64,000 bases of DNA from Pristiophorus japonicus (lineage: Eukaryota): NCBI RefSeq assembly GCF_044704955.1, contig NC_091989.1, forward strand, positions 124,744,001 to 124,808,000, read 5' to 3'. The position numbers were made by a program, and so were the translations under genes. A model generated the notes under the pieces. The model was not told where the DNA came from. It saw nothing but the letters and a program-made list of their open reading frames with translations, and did not search any database. Shown here piece after piece: positions 11,253-24,989 of the stretch. Position 1 is the first letter of the stretch. Each line of letters starts with the position of its first letter.

Positions 11253-14200
11253 AACATAGAAACATAGAAAATAGGTGCAGGAGTAGGCCATTTGGCCCTT
11301 CGAGCCTGCACCACCATTCAATAAGATCATGGCTGATCATTCCCTCAGTACCCCTTTCCTGCTTTCTCTCCATATCCCTTGATCCCTTTAGCCGTAAGGG
11401 CCATATCTAAGTCCCTCTTGAATATATCCAATGACCAGGCATTAACAAGTCTCTGCGGTAGGGAGTTCCACAGGTTAACAACTCTGAGTGAAGAAGTTTC
11501 TCCTCATCTCAGTCCTAAATGGCCTACCCCTTATCCTTAGTCTGTGTCCCCTGGATCTGGATTTCCCCAACATCGGGAACATTCTTCCCGCATCTAGAGT
11601 ACGAGAGGAAGCTTGCCGGGACCATAAAAACTGACTGCAAAAGCTTCAATAGATATGTGAAGAGAAAAGGATTAGTGAAGACAAACGTAGGTCCCTTGTA
11701 GTCGGACTCAGATGAATTAATAATGGGGAACAAAGAATTGGCAGACCAATTGAACAAATACTTTGGTTCTGTCTTCACGGAGGAAGACACAAATGACCTG
11801 CCGGATGTACTAGGGGACCGAGGTTCTAGTTAGAAGGAGGAACTGAAGGATATCCTTATTATACGGGAAATTGTGCTGGGTAAATTGATGGGATTGAAGG
11901 CCGACAAATCTCCTGGGCCTGATTGTCTGCATCCCAGAGTACTTAAGGAGGTGGCCCTAGAAATAGTGGATGCATTGGTGATCATTTTCCAACAGTCTAT
12001 CGACTCTGGATCAGTTACTATCAACTGGCGGGTAGCTGATGTAACACCACTTTTTTAAAAAAGGAGGGAGAGAGAAAACGGGAAATTATAGACCGGTTAG
12101 CCTGACATCAGTCGTGGGGAAAATGTTGGAATCAATTATTAAGGATGAAATAGCAGCGAATTTGGAAAGCAGTGACAGAATCGGTCCAAGCCAGCATGGA
12201 TTTGTGAAAGGGAAATCACGCTTGACAAATCTTCTGGAATTTGTTGAGGGTGTAACTAGCAGAGTGGACAAGGGAGAACCAGTGGATGTGGTGTATTTGG
12301 ACTTTCTAAAGGCCTTTGACAAGGTCCCACATAAGAGATTGGTGTGCAAAATCAAAGCACATGGTATTGGGGGTAATGTACTGGCGTGGATAGAGAATTG
12401 GTTGGCAGACAGGAAACAGAGAGTCGGGATAAACAAGTCCTTTTCAGAATGGGAGGCAGTGACTAGTGGAGTGCTGCAGGGCTCAGTGCTGGGACCCCAG
12501 CTCTTTACAATAGACATTAACGATTTGGATGAAGGAATTTAGTGTAATATATCCAAGTTTGCGGATGACACTAAACTGGGTGGCAGTGTGAGCTGTGAGG
12601 AGGATGCTAAGCGGCTGCAGGGTGATTTGGACAGGTTAGGTGAGTGGGCAAATGCATGGCAGATGCATTATAATGTGGATAAAATGTGAGGTTATCCACT
12701 TTGGTGGCAAAAACACGAAGGCAGAATATTATCTGAATGGTGGCAGATTTGGAAAAGGGGAGGTGCAACGAGAACTGGGTGTCATGGTTCATCAGTCTCT
12801 GAAAGTTGGCATGCAGGTACAGCAGGCGGTGAATAAGGCAAATGGCATGTTGGCCTTCATAGCTAGTGGATTTGAGTATAGGAGCAGGGAGGTCTTACTT
12901 GCAGTTGTACAGGGCCTTGGTAAGGCCTCACCTGGAATATTGTGTTCAGTTTTGGTCTCCTAATCTGAGGAAGGACATTCTTGCTATTGAGGGAGTGCAG
13001 CAAACGTTCACCAGACTGATTCCAGGGATGGCTGGAGTGACATATGAGGAGAGACTGGATCAACAGGGCCTTTATACACTGGAGTTTAGAAGGATGAGAG
13101 GGGATCTCATAGAAACGTATAAGATTCTGACGGGACGGGACAGGTTAGATATGGGAAGAATGTTCCCGATGTTGTGGAAGCCCAGAACCAGGGGACACAG
13201 TCTTAGGATAAGGGGTAGGTCATTTAGGACTGAGATGAGGAGAAACTTCTTCACTCAGAGAGTTGTTAACCTGTGGAATTCCCTGCCGCAGAGAGTTGTT
13301 GAGGCCAATTCATTGGATATATTCAAGAGGGAGTTAGATATGGCCCTTATGGCTAAAGGGATCAAAGGGTATGGAGAGAAAGCGGGAAAGGGGTACTGAG
13401 GTGAATGATCAGCCATGATCATATTGAATGGTGGTGCAGGCTCGAAGGGCCGAATGGCCTACTCCTGCACCTATTTTCTATGTTTCTCTGTTTCTAACCT
13501 GTCCAGTCCCGTCACAATTTTATATGTTTCTATGAGATCCCCTCTTATCCTTCTGAACTCCAGTATATAAAGACACAGTCGATCCAGTCTCTCCTCATAT
13601 GTCAGTCTGGTGAACTTTTGCTGCACTCCTTCAATTGCAAGGATGTCCTTCCTCAAATTAGGAGACCAAAACTGAATACAGTATTCCAGATGAGGCCTCA
13701 CCAAGGCCCTGTACAGCTGCAGTAAGACCTCCTTGCTCCTATACTCAAATCCCCTAGCTATGAAGGCCAACATACCATTTGCCTTCTTCACCACTTGCTG
13801 TACCTGCATGCCAACTTTCAATGACTGATGAACCATGACTCCCAGGTCTCGTTGCACCTCCCGTTTTCCTAATCTGCCGCCATTCAGATAATATTCTGCC
13901 TTCGTGTTTTTGTCCCCAAAGTGGATAACCTCACATTTATCCACATTATACTGCATCTGCCATGCATTTGCCCCCTCACCTAACCTGTCCAAGTCACCCT
14001 GCAGCCTTTTAGCGTCCTCCTCACAGCTCACACTGCCACCCAGTTTAGTGTCATCTACAAACTTGGAGATATTACACTCAATTTCTTCATCTAAATCATT
14101 AATGTATATTGTAAAGAGCTGGAGTCCCAGCACTGAGCCCTGCGGCACCCCACTAGTCACTGCCTGCCATTCTGAAAAGGGCCCGTTTATCCCGACTTTC

Positions 14201-14977
14201 TGCTTCCTGTCTGCCAACCAGTTCTCTATCCATGTCAGTACATTACCCCCAATACCATGTGCTTTAATTTTGCACACCAATCTCTTGTGTGGGACCTTGT
14301 CAATAGCCTTTTGAAAGTCCAAATACACCACATCCACTGGTTCTCCTTTGTCCATTGTGCTAGTTACATCCTCAAAAAATTCCAGAAGATTTGTCAAGCA
14401 TGATTTCCCTTTCATAAATCCATGCTGACTTGGACCGATACCTGTCACTGCTTTCCAAATGTGCTGCTATTTCATCTTTAATAATTGATTCCAATATTTT
14501 CCCCACTACTGATGTCAGGCTAACCAGTCTATAATTACCCGTTTTTCTCTCCCTCCTTTTTTAAAAAGTGGTGTTACATTAGCTACCCTCCAGTCCATAG
14601 GAACTGATCCAGAGTCGATAGACTGTTGGAAAATGATCACCAATGCATCCATTATTTCTATGGCCACTTCCTTAAGTACTCTGGGATGCAGACTATCACG
14701 CCCCAGGGATTTATCGACCTTCAATCCCATCAATTTCCCTAACACAATTTCCCGCCTAATAAGGATATCCTTCAGTTCCTCCTTCTCACTAGACCCTCGG
14801 TCCCCTCGTACTTCCGGAAGGTTATTTGTGTCTTCCTTCGTGAAGACAGAACCAAAGTATTTGTTCAACTGGTCTGCCATTTCATTGTTTTCCATTATTA
14901 ATTCACCTGAATCTGACTGCAAGGGACCTACGTTTGTCTTCATTAATCTTTTTCTCTTCACATAGCTATAGAAGCTT
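11253..14977 (-). mobile_element. 5'-truncated CR1 LINE (host copy; pieces 11253-11596 and 13493-14977)
   Basis: Reverse-complement tail aacatagaaacatagaaa at 11253; RT ORFs 13471-14448 and 14515-14961; sequence reads continuously as cccgcatcta|acctgtccagt across the insertion. Confidence 0.93.
11597..13492 (+). mobile_element. 5'-truncated CR1 LINE inserted antisense into a same-family CR1
   Basis: RT fragments (ORFs 12114, 12866); (TTCTATGT)-type tail at about 13476-13492; TCTA on both sides (11593-11596 / 13493-13496). Confidence 0.93.
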
Positions 14978-16154
14978 AAACGGGTTGCACGAGTCCAACC
15001 TCTGGTTTATGGGGTATTTTACAGTTCAGTGAAAGAAAATTCCCTATTTGCACAAAGTAAAGCAACAAGCAACAGCCGCCATTAAAACCTCTTTCCCAAA
15101 TATCACAGTAATTTTTTATTAAACTGACATTTAATGGCTTGGCCCAGACTATCAGGCTGTAACATAACAGCCTTTTTGTTTAGCTTAGACAGACTGATTA
15201 TTGTAATTGTTCCCAAGTACTGTCCTTTAAAACAGCTAATACTCTACTTTTTTATGCTTTACCCTCTCCCAGAGAAAACTGGAAGGACAAACCCTGCTTC
15301 ATAAATCTCTTTTATATCATCCAGTATGCTGGCCTCATAAATTGACTTAATCGCTCCTGAGCACATTGAGTGCTTTTTTTACTGCTCTTACTTAATCCAG
15401 ATTAACAAGTTTAATGAACTCATATTCTTTCATGGCTGCACCCTTGACCTAGCCATTTCTCACAGACATAAGTAAAATATAGGTGCTGATAATGGGATGT
15501 TGTATTCCCATAGCACTAGTCAGAGATAAGATCAGTGCTTGCTATATGTCCATTGTAACCAACATGTCATAATGCAGGCATGTACTAGTTTATTAAGCCC
15601 CTCCAAATGATGCAAATGATCTAATAATGCTTTTGCAGCACTTGAACAGTGCTGTCGATACACAGGGATACAAATGGCCACTGCATTTTTGGTCCATTCA
15701 GCCATATTGGGTGCTTTTTTTTAAAGGAGAGTCTACTTAGTAAAGGCAATGAAGCGTTTGTTGATCCAGAAATACAATGGCTTATCTGCTGATTTTTCGT
15801 TTTTTTGCTTTCAGTATTGAAGCATTTGAGACCTTCTTAAACCTGCACTCCTCAGGCTGCGTGCCACGGGAACAGTCATGGTTCGCAGCCTAAAGAAACA
15901 ATAAAGCATAGGTCCTGATTAATTGACTGATTGGGGACTTTTTGCAGTATAGCTAGGCTAAAGTATCTAAAGTTATTGTAGTTTACTGCACTCTAAACAA
16001 CATTTCCCTGCAAAGAGATGTTGGCATTAACAGGTAGAAGAGCACCAGCCTCACCTTGTGGCAGAAGAATATCCAAACCAGGAGCCAGATAAGTTGTCTG
16101 TGCCACCTTTTGTTCTTTCAGTGAGAGTCTTCAGGCAGAGTGTAATAGGTGAAG

Positions 16155-16721
16155 GGGCAAAGTTTCCGCTTTGGGCGCAATCGGCAATTTGAGCACAAAC
16201 TGCGCTAGTTTTCCAAATTGATTTTATGATTTCCGCTCAAACTCACTTGTATAATCACAAACGTAAAATCTTACATGAACCAGCACAATAAGCATTGTCT
16301 AGACCACCACCTTTGAGTAAAGCAATTTTTAAAAACTGAAAATTATTTTTAAAAATCTATACAGAACCATTTACTAGATTCATTGGTGCACACTAGTCAA
16401 TTTCTTAGTAAATTAAACAAAAAAAAATGTAATACCTATTAGTTCTCTTGCGCCTAAAACACCAGCTTAACTTTAAGAGCCTTCTCAAAAGGCCACAAAC
16501 GGGTGCAATTAGCAGAAACTTGGTGATTAATTCAATCTGAGGGCATGGCCAGTTTTGTGGGCGGGCCAGTTTCTAGCGTGATTCTTTTTAAAAGAACAGG
16601 TAAACTCAATTTTTGCTAAACGTAACTCGTGCTTGAAATTCCGTGATCTTTTGCATTGGTTTGGCTGATTTTGGGCGAATTGCGCTGGAAATATCAGCAT
16701 AACCCAATGGAAACTCTGCCC
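16155..16721. mobile_element. Harbinger-type MITE (older)
   Basis: TIRs GGGCAAAGTTTCC / GGAAACTCTGCCC (1 mismatch); no ORF. Confidence 0.65.
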
Positions 16722-19099
16722 AGATAACTTTAGTTAAGTGCTTGCAAGATCAAATTGTCAGCAGCACAAAACCCTGGCCAAAACTGTAGTTGCTACCCCT
16801 GCTTATAGCCTTACATCAAGATCCATAATTGCAATAGCTTTTCTTCCAGCTACCTTATTGTGTCTTATCCCAAATGAGCATCAGAGTTACCAGCAGTGAA
16901 CTCAAATTTTATTAACCCTTATAATATGTGCCCCAGGTGTGTTTAACCTTAGTACTTCCTTTTTGTGAAAGTGTATGGTGTATCTTCTACTTCCTAACCA
17001 TGTAGTTTTACCCTAGTGGGAGGAAAAAGTTAGGTGGAGGACTGCTGGGTGATAATTCGGCACTACGAATTATAGTCTCATTTAAAGGCTACAAGACCAT
17101 CTTTTATAGCAAATAAAGCTTCAGCAAGTGGTATTTTCTTCGGCTGAGATAAAGGTACATTGCTGAGAGGGGGTAAAATGAGCTTTGCTAACCATCAACT
17201 GTGGGTTGTACACGACCTGGTAGTGCTCGATACTAACATTGGGTATCAAAATGGAAAATGTTCCATTCAATAGCAATGACACCTGTCGATGAGGTACTGC
17301 TTTTTCCTTATTGCTTCTCCAATATATTATTCAAAATTTGGGATTTCATTATATGGGCTCTGCTGACCAGACTCTACCTTATAGGCAAACAAAACACAAT
17401 AGGAATATAAGCCATCCTGGACTGCTGTTTGTAGATGTGGTTGACTCAAAAAGACAAAGAGTCGGTATCTTGTGATTTTTTTTGTTTGTTTTATTCCTCT
17501 TCTCTTCTGATGGCACTGAATGTTGCTGGGGTAAAGTTCCCTGGGCTCCTCTAGCACCTCACTCAAGTATTCATGTTTCATGTGTGAGCCTAAACAGGTA
17601 AGCTAATCAACTGTGGAGTATATTACAGTGAATCCTAATCTCGTTCACAGCCAATATACTGTCTATACCAGTTTACATTAATTATAGTCTAAGCAAATCT
17701 TTATGTTTACTCTTTTATCATTGTAACATTCCCTGAAAATTCAGTATTCTATACATTGTTCTACAGATTGAAACTATTTGAAGTATCTAACCTGACACAG
17801 CATATCAAACTTGGCAAATATATAATGTAGAAACAAAATACAGCTTTTCGAAATGTTCCATATTTCAACATATCAATTTTATTTTCTTGCTGGTCCATAT
17901 TAAAAAGATCACTGATGTTAACTTCATGACAGAGACTGGCTGTAAAGATAGAATACTACCAAAAGGATGAGTGGCAGTGCACTGAATGAAGAAAATGCTT
18001 GCAATAATTGTCAGCAGCAGTGTTTTAGTATCATTTTGGGAATGAAATTTCTCTTGCTGATAAATGTTACCCAAAAATAGATGTGAATACAGAATTCAAT
18101 GGTAATTTCTTGTGAGAACAAGGTTCAAAATGCCAGTATATTGTACAAAGAGGTTAAACAATTTTCTTCAAATAAACTATTGTAGTTGTAGTTGGCTCAA
18201 AGCTTGGACAATAGCTAAAAACCTCTTTCTTCGTCCCAAAATTTTGTTTGCTGTTATAGCGAACGCTGACTTTTTAAACCGTGTTATTTGTCCCTTGTGT
18301 GTTTTTCCAAATTATTTATTTCATAAACAAACAACCATCACAGAGTCAGGGCGAGTTCATGATATTATCCTGTAAATTGATCTTTTTTCATGAAAAGGAC
18401 TTGAATTTCATCTCACAAAATCATTTAACAGAAAGAAAAATATACAGAGGATGGTGGATAACTGTTGCTGAATGACAAGGCAGAAACTCAACTGAGGGAT
18501 TCGTACAATAGGGTTAGGATGGAATAGTTTATGTTCATTACTTGAATCTTGAAATTGCATTACTGCTCTAAATGCAACGTGCAGTCTGCTGCAGGAGGAA
18601 ACCTGTATTTTTAACAATTTGAAATGCAGACCTACAAAATGCTATGCTGTTGCTCATGGATGGTCTGAGGCCTGTGCTGGGGAGGAAACCAGTCAGACAA
18701 GCTGAGCTAAGAGGTTGAGTCTGAGTGGACTGGAAACTTGGTGTACAGCTCTCCTCAGAAGGGAGGCAAGATTCAGGTTTGACAGAGCAGAAAGACTAAG
18801 AGATTTGAGAACTAGCTTCACAGGAGGAACACAAAGGGAAAAGAGAAAAATGGGAGCAATAATTTTTAAATGGCTACCTTATGGTGTCTTGCAGGCTCGA
18901 TTGGTTCATGGAATCACTTGGTTAGCCTGGAATGATGTTAGGATCTGATTCATCCATGGTGTCATGTGGTGTCAAAGGAATCAACAACATTTCAAGCTCA
19001 TTACAGCCATAGACATGCAATATAAAAGGTACACAGAATTAAGATTTTTAATGATATACCCAGATGATTTTCTCTTAATATATTTTCTTGCTGTTTAAT

Positions 19100-19290
19100 G
19101 GTCCCGTCTTTCAGATGAGATGTTAAACCATGACCCTGTCTGCTCTCTCAGGTGGACCTGAAAGATCCCAAGCCACTATTTCGAAGAACAGGGGAGTTAT
19201 CCTCGGTGTCCTGGCCAATATTTATCTCTCAATGAATATATTTAAAAAAAAATTATCTGGTCATTATCACACTGCCATGTTTTCTACATT
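19100..19290 (+). mobile_element. Deu-domain SINE fragment (SacSINE1-like)
   Basis: Deu-core-like gtctttcagatgagatgttaaacc...ctctcaggtggac...aaagatccca...gtgtcctggccaatatttat; matches the copy at 53222-53662. Confidence 0.8.
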
Positions 19291-21887
19291 GTTCCTCGTG
19301 TTCCATCTTAGTCAACAGCTTTTGGAGGTTTCCAGAGGTAAAGTCTGATTGGAATACTTAAATGGAAAGCAAATAAAGTCAATATTGCCTACGCAGAAAT
19401 GCTGAACTTGCCTATTAATCAACGGTGCTCTGAACGGCAAACCTTAAATTTCACTGTGGGGCACCCAACTGATACATAAAGCTACATCATACATCAACCA
19501 GCAGGAAAATAGATGGCTTCATAAGAAGAAAAGAACATATATGTGCTATAACTCATTGGACACTTTGCATTTATTAATCCCAGGACATTTTTCTTTAGTT
19601 GCAACTAGACTTTTTTCTCAAGCGGAGACACTCTAGAAATATTGCTGTATGCCTTAATTTTCTTTTATCAATGAGGCAGTTGTTACACTAATGTATTAAT
19701 GGATTATGATGGAAGTACCTCTAAAACTATAGAAACGTAGGAACAAGAGTTGATCAATCTGCCCTTCGAGCCTGTCCTGCCATTCAATTAGATTATGGCT
19801 GATCCGTACCTCAACTCCGTTTACCTGCCTTTGTTCATATTCCTTGTGTGATATGTCCTTATGACATCACTAAAAACACACTCACACAAGATGGCTCTTA
19901 ACAGAAAACTGTCATCATGTGACTTTGCCACATGACCATTTCTTTATTTACATCAGTAGTTGCATTACCACAGTAGTCCACTAGGTGGACCTCTCTATTA
20001 CACTTCTCCCTCCTTATTAAAGAAATAATTATAACAAAATAATCATCTTACATAACATGCATGGTTGTGCACAACAAAAGATTTATTGGACTTATTTTTC
20101 CATATTTGCAATTCAAACTTAACCACTGGTTGTATGTTTCGAAGAGGATATCTTTTCTCTTGAACAGAACTTTTCATCTTGGCGTCGAACTTAGACTCAT
20201 TCTAGGCTGGGCCTGAGAGTTTTTCTCCAAGGGCAACCCTTGCTCTATATTTGGACTCTTTACAACTTCAGACCATTTGTCTGCCTGACTCAGACTCACA
20301 CTTAAATGCTGACTTTCTCTTGGACTTATTTCTAGTACATCTGATGTTGGATTTGCTACTGGTACTCTACTTGTAACAAGACTATCTGACTCATCAGAAA
20401 TAATTGAATCATTCCAACTTTCAACTCCTTCCACATCTGTAGATAAAATATGATCAATGTGAACAAACCTAACCTTTCCACGATCAAACATCTTGACTAA
20501 ATATGTGCGAGGACCACATATCTTCACTACTTTTACTGGTAACCACTTCAACCATTTATGATGATGGTTCTTCACTCTAACATTCTGATTCAATTTCACA
20601 CTTCTCTTTCTTACTCTACCTCTATCATGATTTCCTTTCTTTCTTAATTGTGTCTCTTCTACTGACTGTGCCAAGTTTGGCTTTAACAACAAGAACCTGG
20701 TTCATGGCAATTGTTTGAAAAACAACTCTGCTGGTGTTCTACCAGTAGTTGTTTGAGAAGTATTAGGATAAGAAATCAGAAAATTTGCTAGTTTGTGGTC
20801 CAATGACAACTGCTGTTCCTTTGGATTTGGATCTAACATTTGCTTGATGAGGGCACATTTTGTACTGAGCATTCTGCTGCACCATTTGAAGCATGGTGGT
20901 ATAGCGGAACTTTGGTATGTTGCCCATCGTTTCTGCTCATGAACTGTGCAAATTCTTCCAAACAAAATTGCGGCCCATTATCAGACAATTTCTTCTGGGA
21001 GGCCAAATAAAGAAAAGAATCTTCGCAAATTGTCTACTGTTTTACTTGATATTATTTTCCATACCGGAAACATCTCTACCCACTTCGAATAGCTATCAAT
21101 CACAATGAACAAATTGTTGTCCTTCTAACTCAGCAAAATCTACATTTAACCTTTGTCACACCCTGGGAAGCCATTTCCATGGCTATAATTGTACTGAAGG
21201 TGGTTTCTTGCTTACCGATTGACATGTTGTATACTGACGAACAATGTATTCCATCTCTCTATCTAAACTTGCCCTCCATAAGTAACTGCGTGCAAAACTC
21301 TAAGTAAAGCATATTCCCAGATGCTGGTCATGAAGATATCCTAACTATTTGGACCTGAACTTATTTGGGATAATTACTCTCACACCTCACGATACAATCT
21401 GTATCCACTGATAATTCATTCCTCTGAACGAAGTATGGATATATATCTTTCTCTGATACCTGGTTTGGCCATCCATTTGCGATGTAATCATACACCTTTG
21501 ACATAACTGGGTCATGTTTGGTTACTCTTCAGCTGTGACTGGCAGTTCATCAATGTATGAAAAATAGAACACTTCTTCCTTATTGGGTGTAACTTGTGAT
21601 GGGGATGGCAACCTGGACATAGCATCAGCATGACTATCTGACTTAGGTATAACAACAATAGGTGTAGCCCAATTACTTAGATCTACCTTAGAGATAATGT
21701 TCTCAGTTGCTAGTCTTTTGAGTTCTTGCTCAACTTTCTCCTTGAGTGCATATGGTAGGAGACGTGGCTTGCAGTAAACTGGTCTTGCATCCTTCTGCGC
21801 TCTGCCACTTGCCTTGAACATCTTCGGATACTGCTTGATGACATCAACTTTCGATGAAAATGTCATTTCCACCTGAAAAATCTCTTT

Positions 21888-23186
21888 GGGCTGGATTTTC
21901 CTTTTAAATCGCCCCCGCACGATCCTTAGTGGTGTTCCGGCGGTTGCGTCTTTTTCAACCGCCAGTAAGCCGCTGGTGCGCACTCCCACGGTTTTCGGAT
22001 GCTCCATGTCGGCGGCGGCAAAGCGTTCCGGGAGCGAAGTGCAGCGGGCAATGTGCGGCAGAGGAGACCTAGCGACTCGGGAATCTTCGGCTCCCAAAAT
22101 TTGCTACGCACGGCACGCGGCTGTCAAGCTCTGCCCCTCCCACCCCCCCGAGAGGCACTGACGAGAGGCCAGAGACTGCTGACCTGAGATTGCTGTGGGG
22201 GGAGTGGGGGGGAAGGGGGAGGAAGAGAGTGAGATCGAAGTGGAGGGGGGGAAGAGATCGCTGTGGGGGAGGGGGAAGAAAGTGAGATCGCTGTGGGGAG
22301 GGGTGAGAGAGACTTGGGTGGGGGGAGACTGGGGGGTGAGAGAGACTGGGAGGGAGAGAGACTGGGGGGGAGAGACTGGGGGGGAGAGAGAGATTGGGGG
22401 GGGAGAGACTTGGGGGGAGAGACTGGGGGGGGAGAGAAACTGTGGGGGCGAGAGACTGGGGGGGAGAGAGAGGCTGGGGGAGGAAGAGAGATTGTGGGAG
22501 GAAGAGAGACTGAGTTGAGGGAGACTGGGGGTGGGGGGGGGGAGAGAGGCTGAGGGGTGGGAGAGAGGTTCGGGGGGTGGAGAGAGACTTGGATTGAGAG
22601 AGACTTGGATTGAGAGAGACTGAGGTTGAGAGAGACTGGAGTTGAGAGAGACTGGGGGGGAGGGAAACGGGGGGGAGGGAGACTGGGGGTGAGGGAGACT
22701 GGGGGGGGTGAGGGAGACTGGGGGGGGGGTGAGGGAGACTGGGGGGTGAGGGAGACTAATGTGAGTGAGAGAGACTAAAGGAATAAGTAAGGCTTTATTA
22801 GACCATTTATATTATTGCCTAACACTAGAAAATACTACAATCCATTTAAAAATACATCAAACTGTGGAGAACTATAAAGATTTGTGTAATATCAAACAAA
22901 CCCGTCAGATCTGTGTCCATACCGCCCACTTAAGATCCAGTAAGACCTGCTGGTACAAGACAATGTTAAGGTTCGGTGGTAAACGAATCTTAATGATGAA
23001 ACTTCCATTTTGGGCGGTATTTGATCGGTAATATATGGGCGGACAGTATCGATTACCACCCGGCGGAAATGACTGGAATTTATCACCAGGCGATATCTGG
23101 GTGGTAAATGTGTTTTTTCGACGAAACTTGTATTTCTGGGTGGTAACTAGGCAGTAAATGGGGGATTTGAGAGATAACTCTAGCCC
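21888..23186. mobile_element. Harbinger-type MITE inserted in the Gypsy B protease-RT linker
   Basis: Imperfect TIRs GGGCTGGATTTTCC / GATAACTCTAGCCC; flanks ttt/att; removing it plus 3 bp restores the frame RNWLLSLKLDCN-EIFQVE. Confidence 0.8.
22195..22775 (+). repeat. G-rich imperfect tandem repeat (gagagactgggggg)n inside the MITE
   Basis: Dozens of GAGA(G)ACT(G)n units visible directly. Confidence 0.9.
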
Positions 23187-23817
23187 ATTGCAATCCAGCT
23201 TCAGTGATAGCAACCAATTTCTATCTATCATCATCATCATAGGCAGTCCCTCGAAATCGAGGAAGGCTTGCTTCCACTCTAAAAGTGAGTTCTCAGGTGG
23301 CTGTACAGTCCAATGAAGGAATTACAATCTCTGTCAGAGGTGAGGCAGCCAGTGGTTGAAGGAAAGGATGGGTGAGAGCCTGGTTTTCCGCATGCTCCTT
23401 CCGCTGTGTGCGCTTGATTTCTGCATGCTTTCGGCGACGCGATGCGAGGTGCTCAGCACCCTCCCAGATGCTCTTCCACCATTTTGGGTGGTCTTGGGCC
23501 AGGGATTACCAGGTGCTGGTGGGGATGTTGCACTTTATCAAGGAGGCTTTCAGGGTGTCCTTGAAACATTTCCTATGCCCACCTAGGGCTCGTTGCCGTG
23601 TAGGAGTTCTGAGTAGAGCGCTTGCTTAGGGAGTCTCGTGTCGGGCATGTGGACAATGTGGAGCTGGTCGAGCGTGGTCAGTGCTTCGATGCTGGGGATG
23701 TTGGCCTGAGCAAGAACACTGACTTTGGTGTGTCTATCCTCCCAGTGGATTTGCAGGATCTTGCGGAGATAGCGTTGGTGGTACTTCTCCAGCGTTTTGA
23801 GATGGCTGTTGTATATG

Positions 23818-24079
23818 CGGAGGAACTTCTTCACCCAGAGAGTGGTGAACCTGTGGAATTCTCTACCACAGAAAGTTGTTGAGGCCAATTCACTAAATAT
23901 ATTCAAAAAGGAGTTAGATGAGGTCCTTACTGCTAGGGGGATCAAGGGGTATGGCGAGAAAGCAGGAATGGGGTACTGAAGTTGAATGTTCAGCCATGAA
24001 CTCATTGAATGGCGGTGCAGGCTAGAAGGGCCGAATGGCCTACTCCTGCACCTATTTTCTATGTTTCTATGTTTCTATG
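23818..24079 (+). mobile_element. Short CR1 3' fragment in the RTE
   Basis: RRNFFTQRVVNLWNSLP C-terminus, 3' UTR and (TTCTATGT)n tail. Confidence 0.9.
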
Positions 24080-24613
24080 GTCCACATCTCTGAGCCATAT
24101 AGGAGGGCAGGTATCACTACAGCACTGTAGACCATAAGCTTGGTGTCAGATTTGATGTCCTGGTCTTCAAACACTCTCTTCCTCAGAGGATCGAAGGCTG
24201 CGCTGGCACACTAGAAGCATTGTTGGACCTCGTCATCAATGTCTGCCCTTGCTAATAGTAGGCTCCCATGGTATGGAAAATGGCCCACGTGGATTTTGAT
24301 GACGGGGGGGTGGTCAGTGCTGTGTGGCAGGGTCAGGTTGGTGGAGGATCTTTGTCTTATGGATGTTTAGTGTAAGGCCTATGCTTTTGTACGCCTTGGT
24401 GAAGGTGTTGATAATGGCTTGGAGTTCGGCCTCTGAGTGTGCGCAGATACAAGCATCATCCGCGTACTGCAGTTCAATGACAGAGGATGGGACGGCCTTG
24501 GATCTAGCCTGGAGGTGGTGAAGGTTGAACAGGTTCCCATTGATTCTATCGTTTAGTTCCACCCCAGCGGGGAGCTTGTTGAGAGTGAGATGGAGCATTG
24601 CAGCGAGGAAGAT

Positions 24614-24989
24614 ATAAGATAATGAGGGGGCTCGACAAGGTGGATGCAGAGAGGATATTTCCACTCACAGGGGAAACTAAAACTAGGGGACATAGTCTCA
24701 GAATAAGGGGCCGCCCATTTAAAACTGAGATGAGAGGAATTTCTTCTTTCGAAGGGTTGTAAATCTATGGAATTCTCCGCCCCAGAGAGCTGTGGAGGCT
24801 GGATATTTGAATATATTTAAGGCGGAGATAGACAGATTTTTGAGCGATAAGGGAATAAAGGGTTATGTGGAGCAGGCAGGGAAGTGGAGCTGAGTCCATG
24901 ATCAGATCAGCCATGACCTTATTAAATGGCAGAGTAGGCTCAAGGGGCCAGGTGGCCTACTCCTGCTCCTATTTCTTATGTTCTTATGT
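24614..24989 (+). mobile_element. Short CR1 3' fragment in the RTE (second subfamily)
   Basis: CR1 C-terminus and (TTCTTATG)n tail; AAGAT duplicated at 24609-24613 / 24990-24994. Confidence 0.9.

Noticed and set aside
13471-14448. 325-aa open RT ORF as a domesticated gene
   Set aside because: It is a 5'-truncated CR1 fragment, interrupted by another CR1, with an internal deletion relative to sister copies; openness reflects youth.
22195-22553. Gly/Glu/Arg-rich ORFs
   Set aside because: Translation of a G-rich simple repeat.
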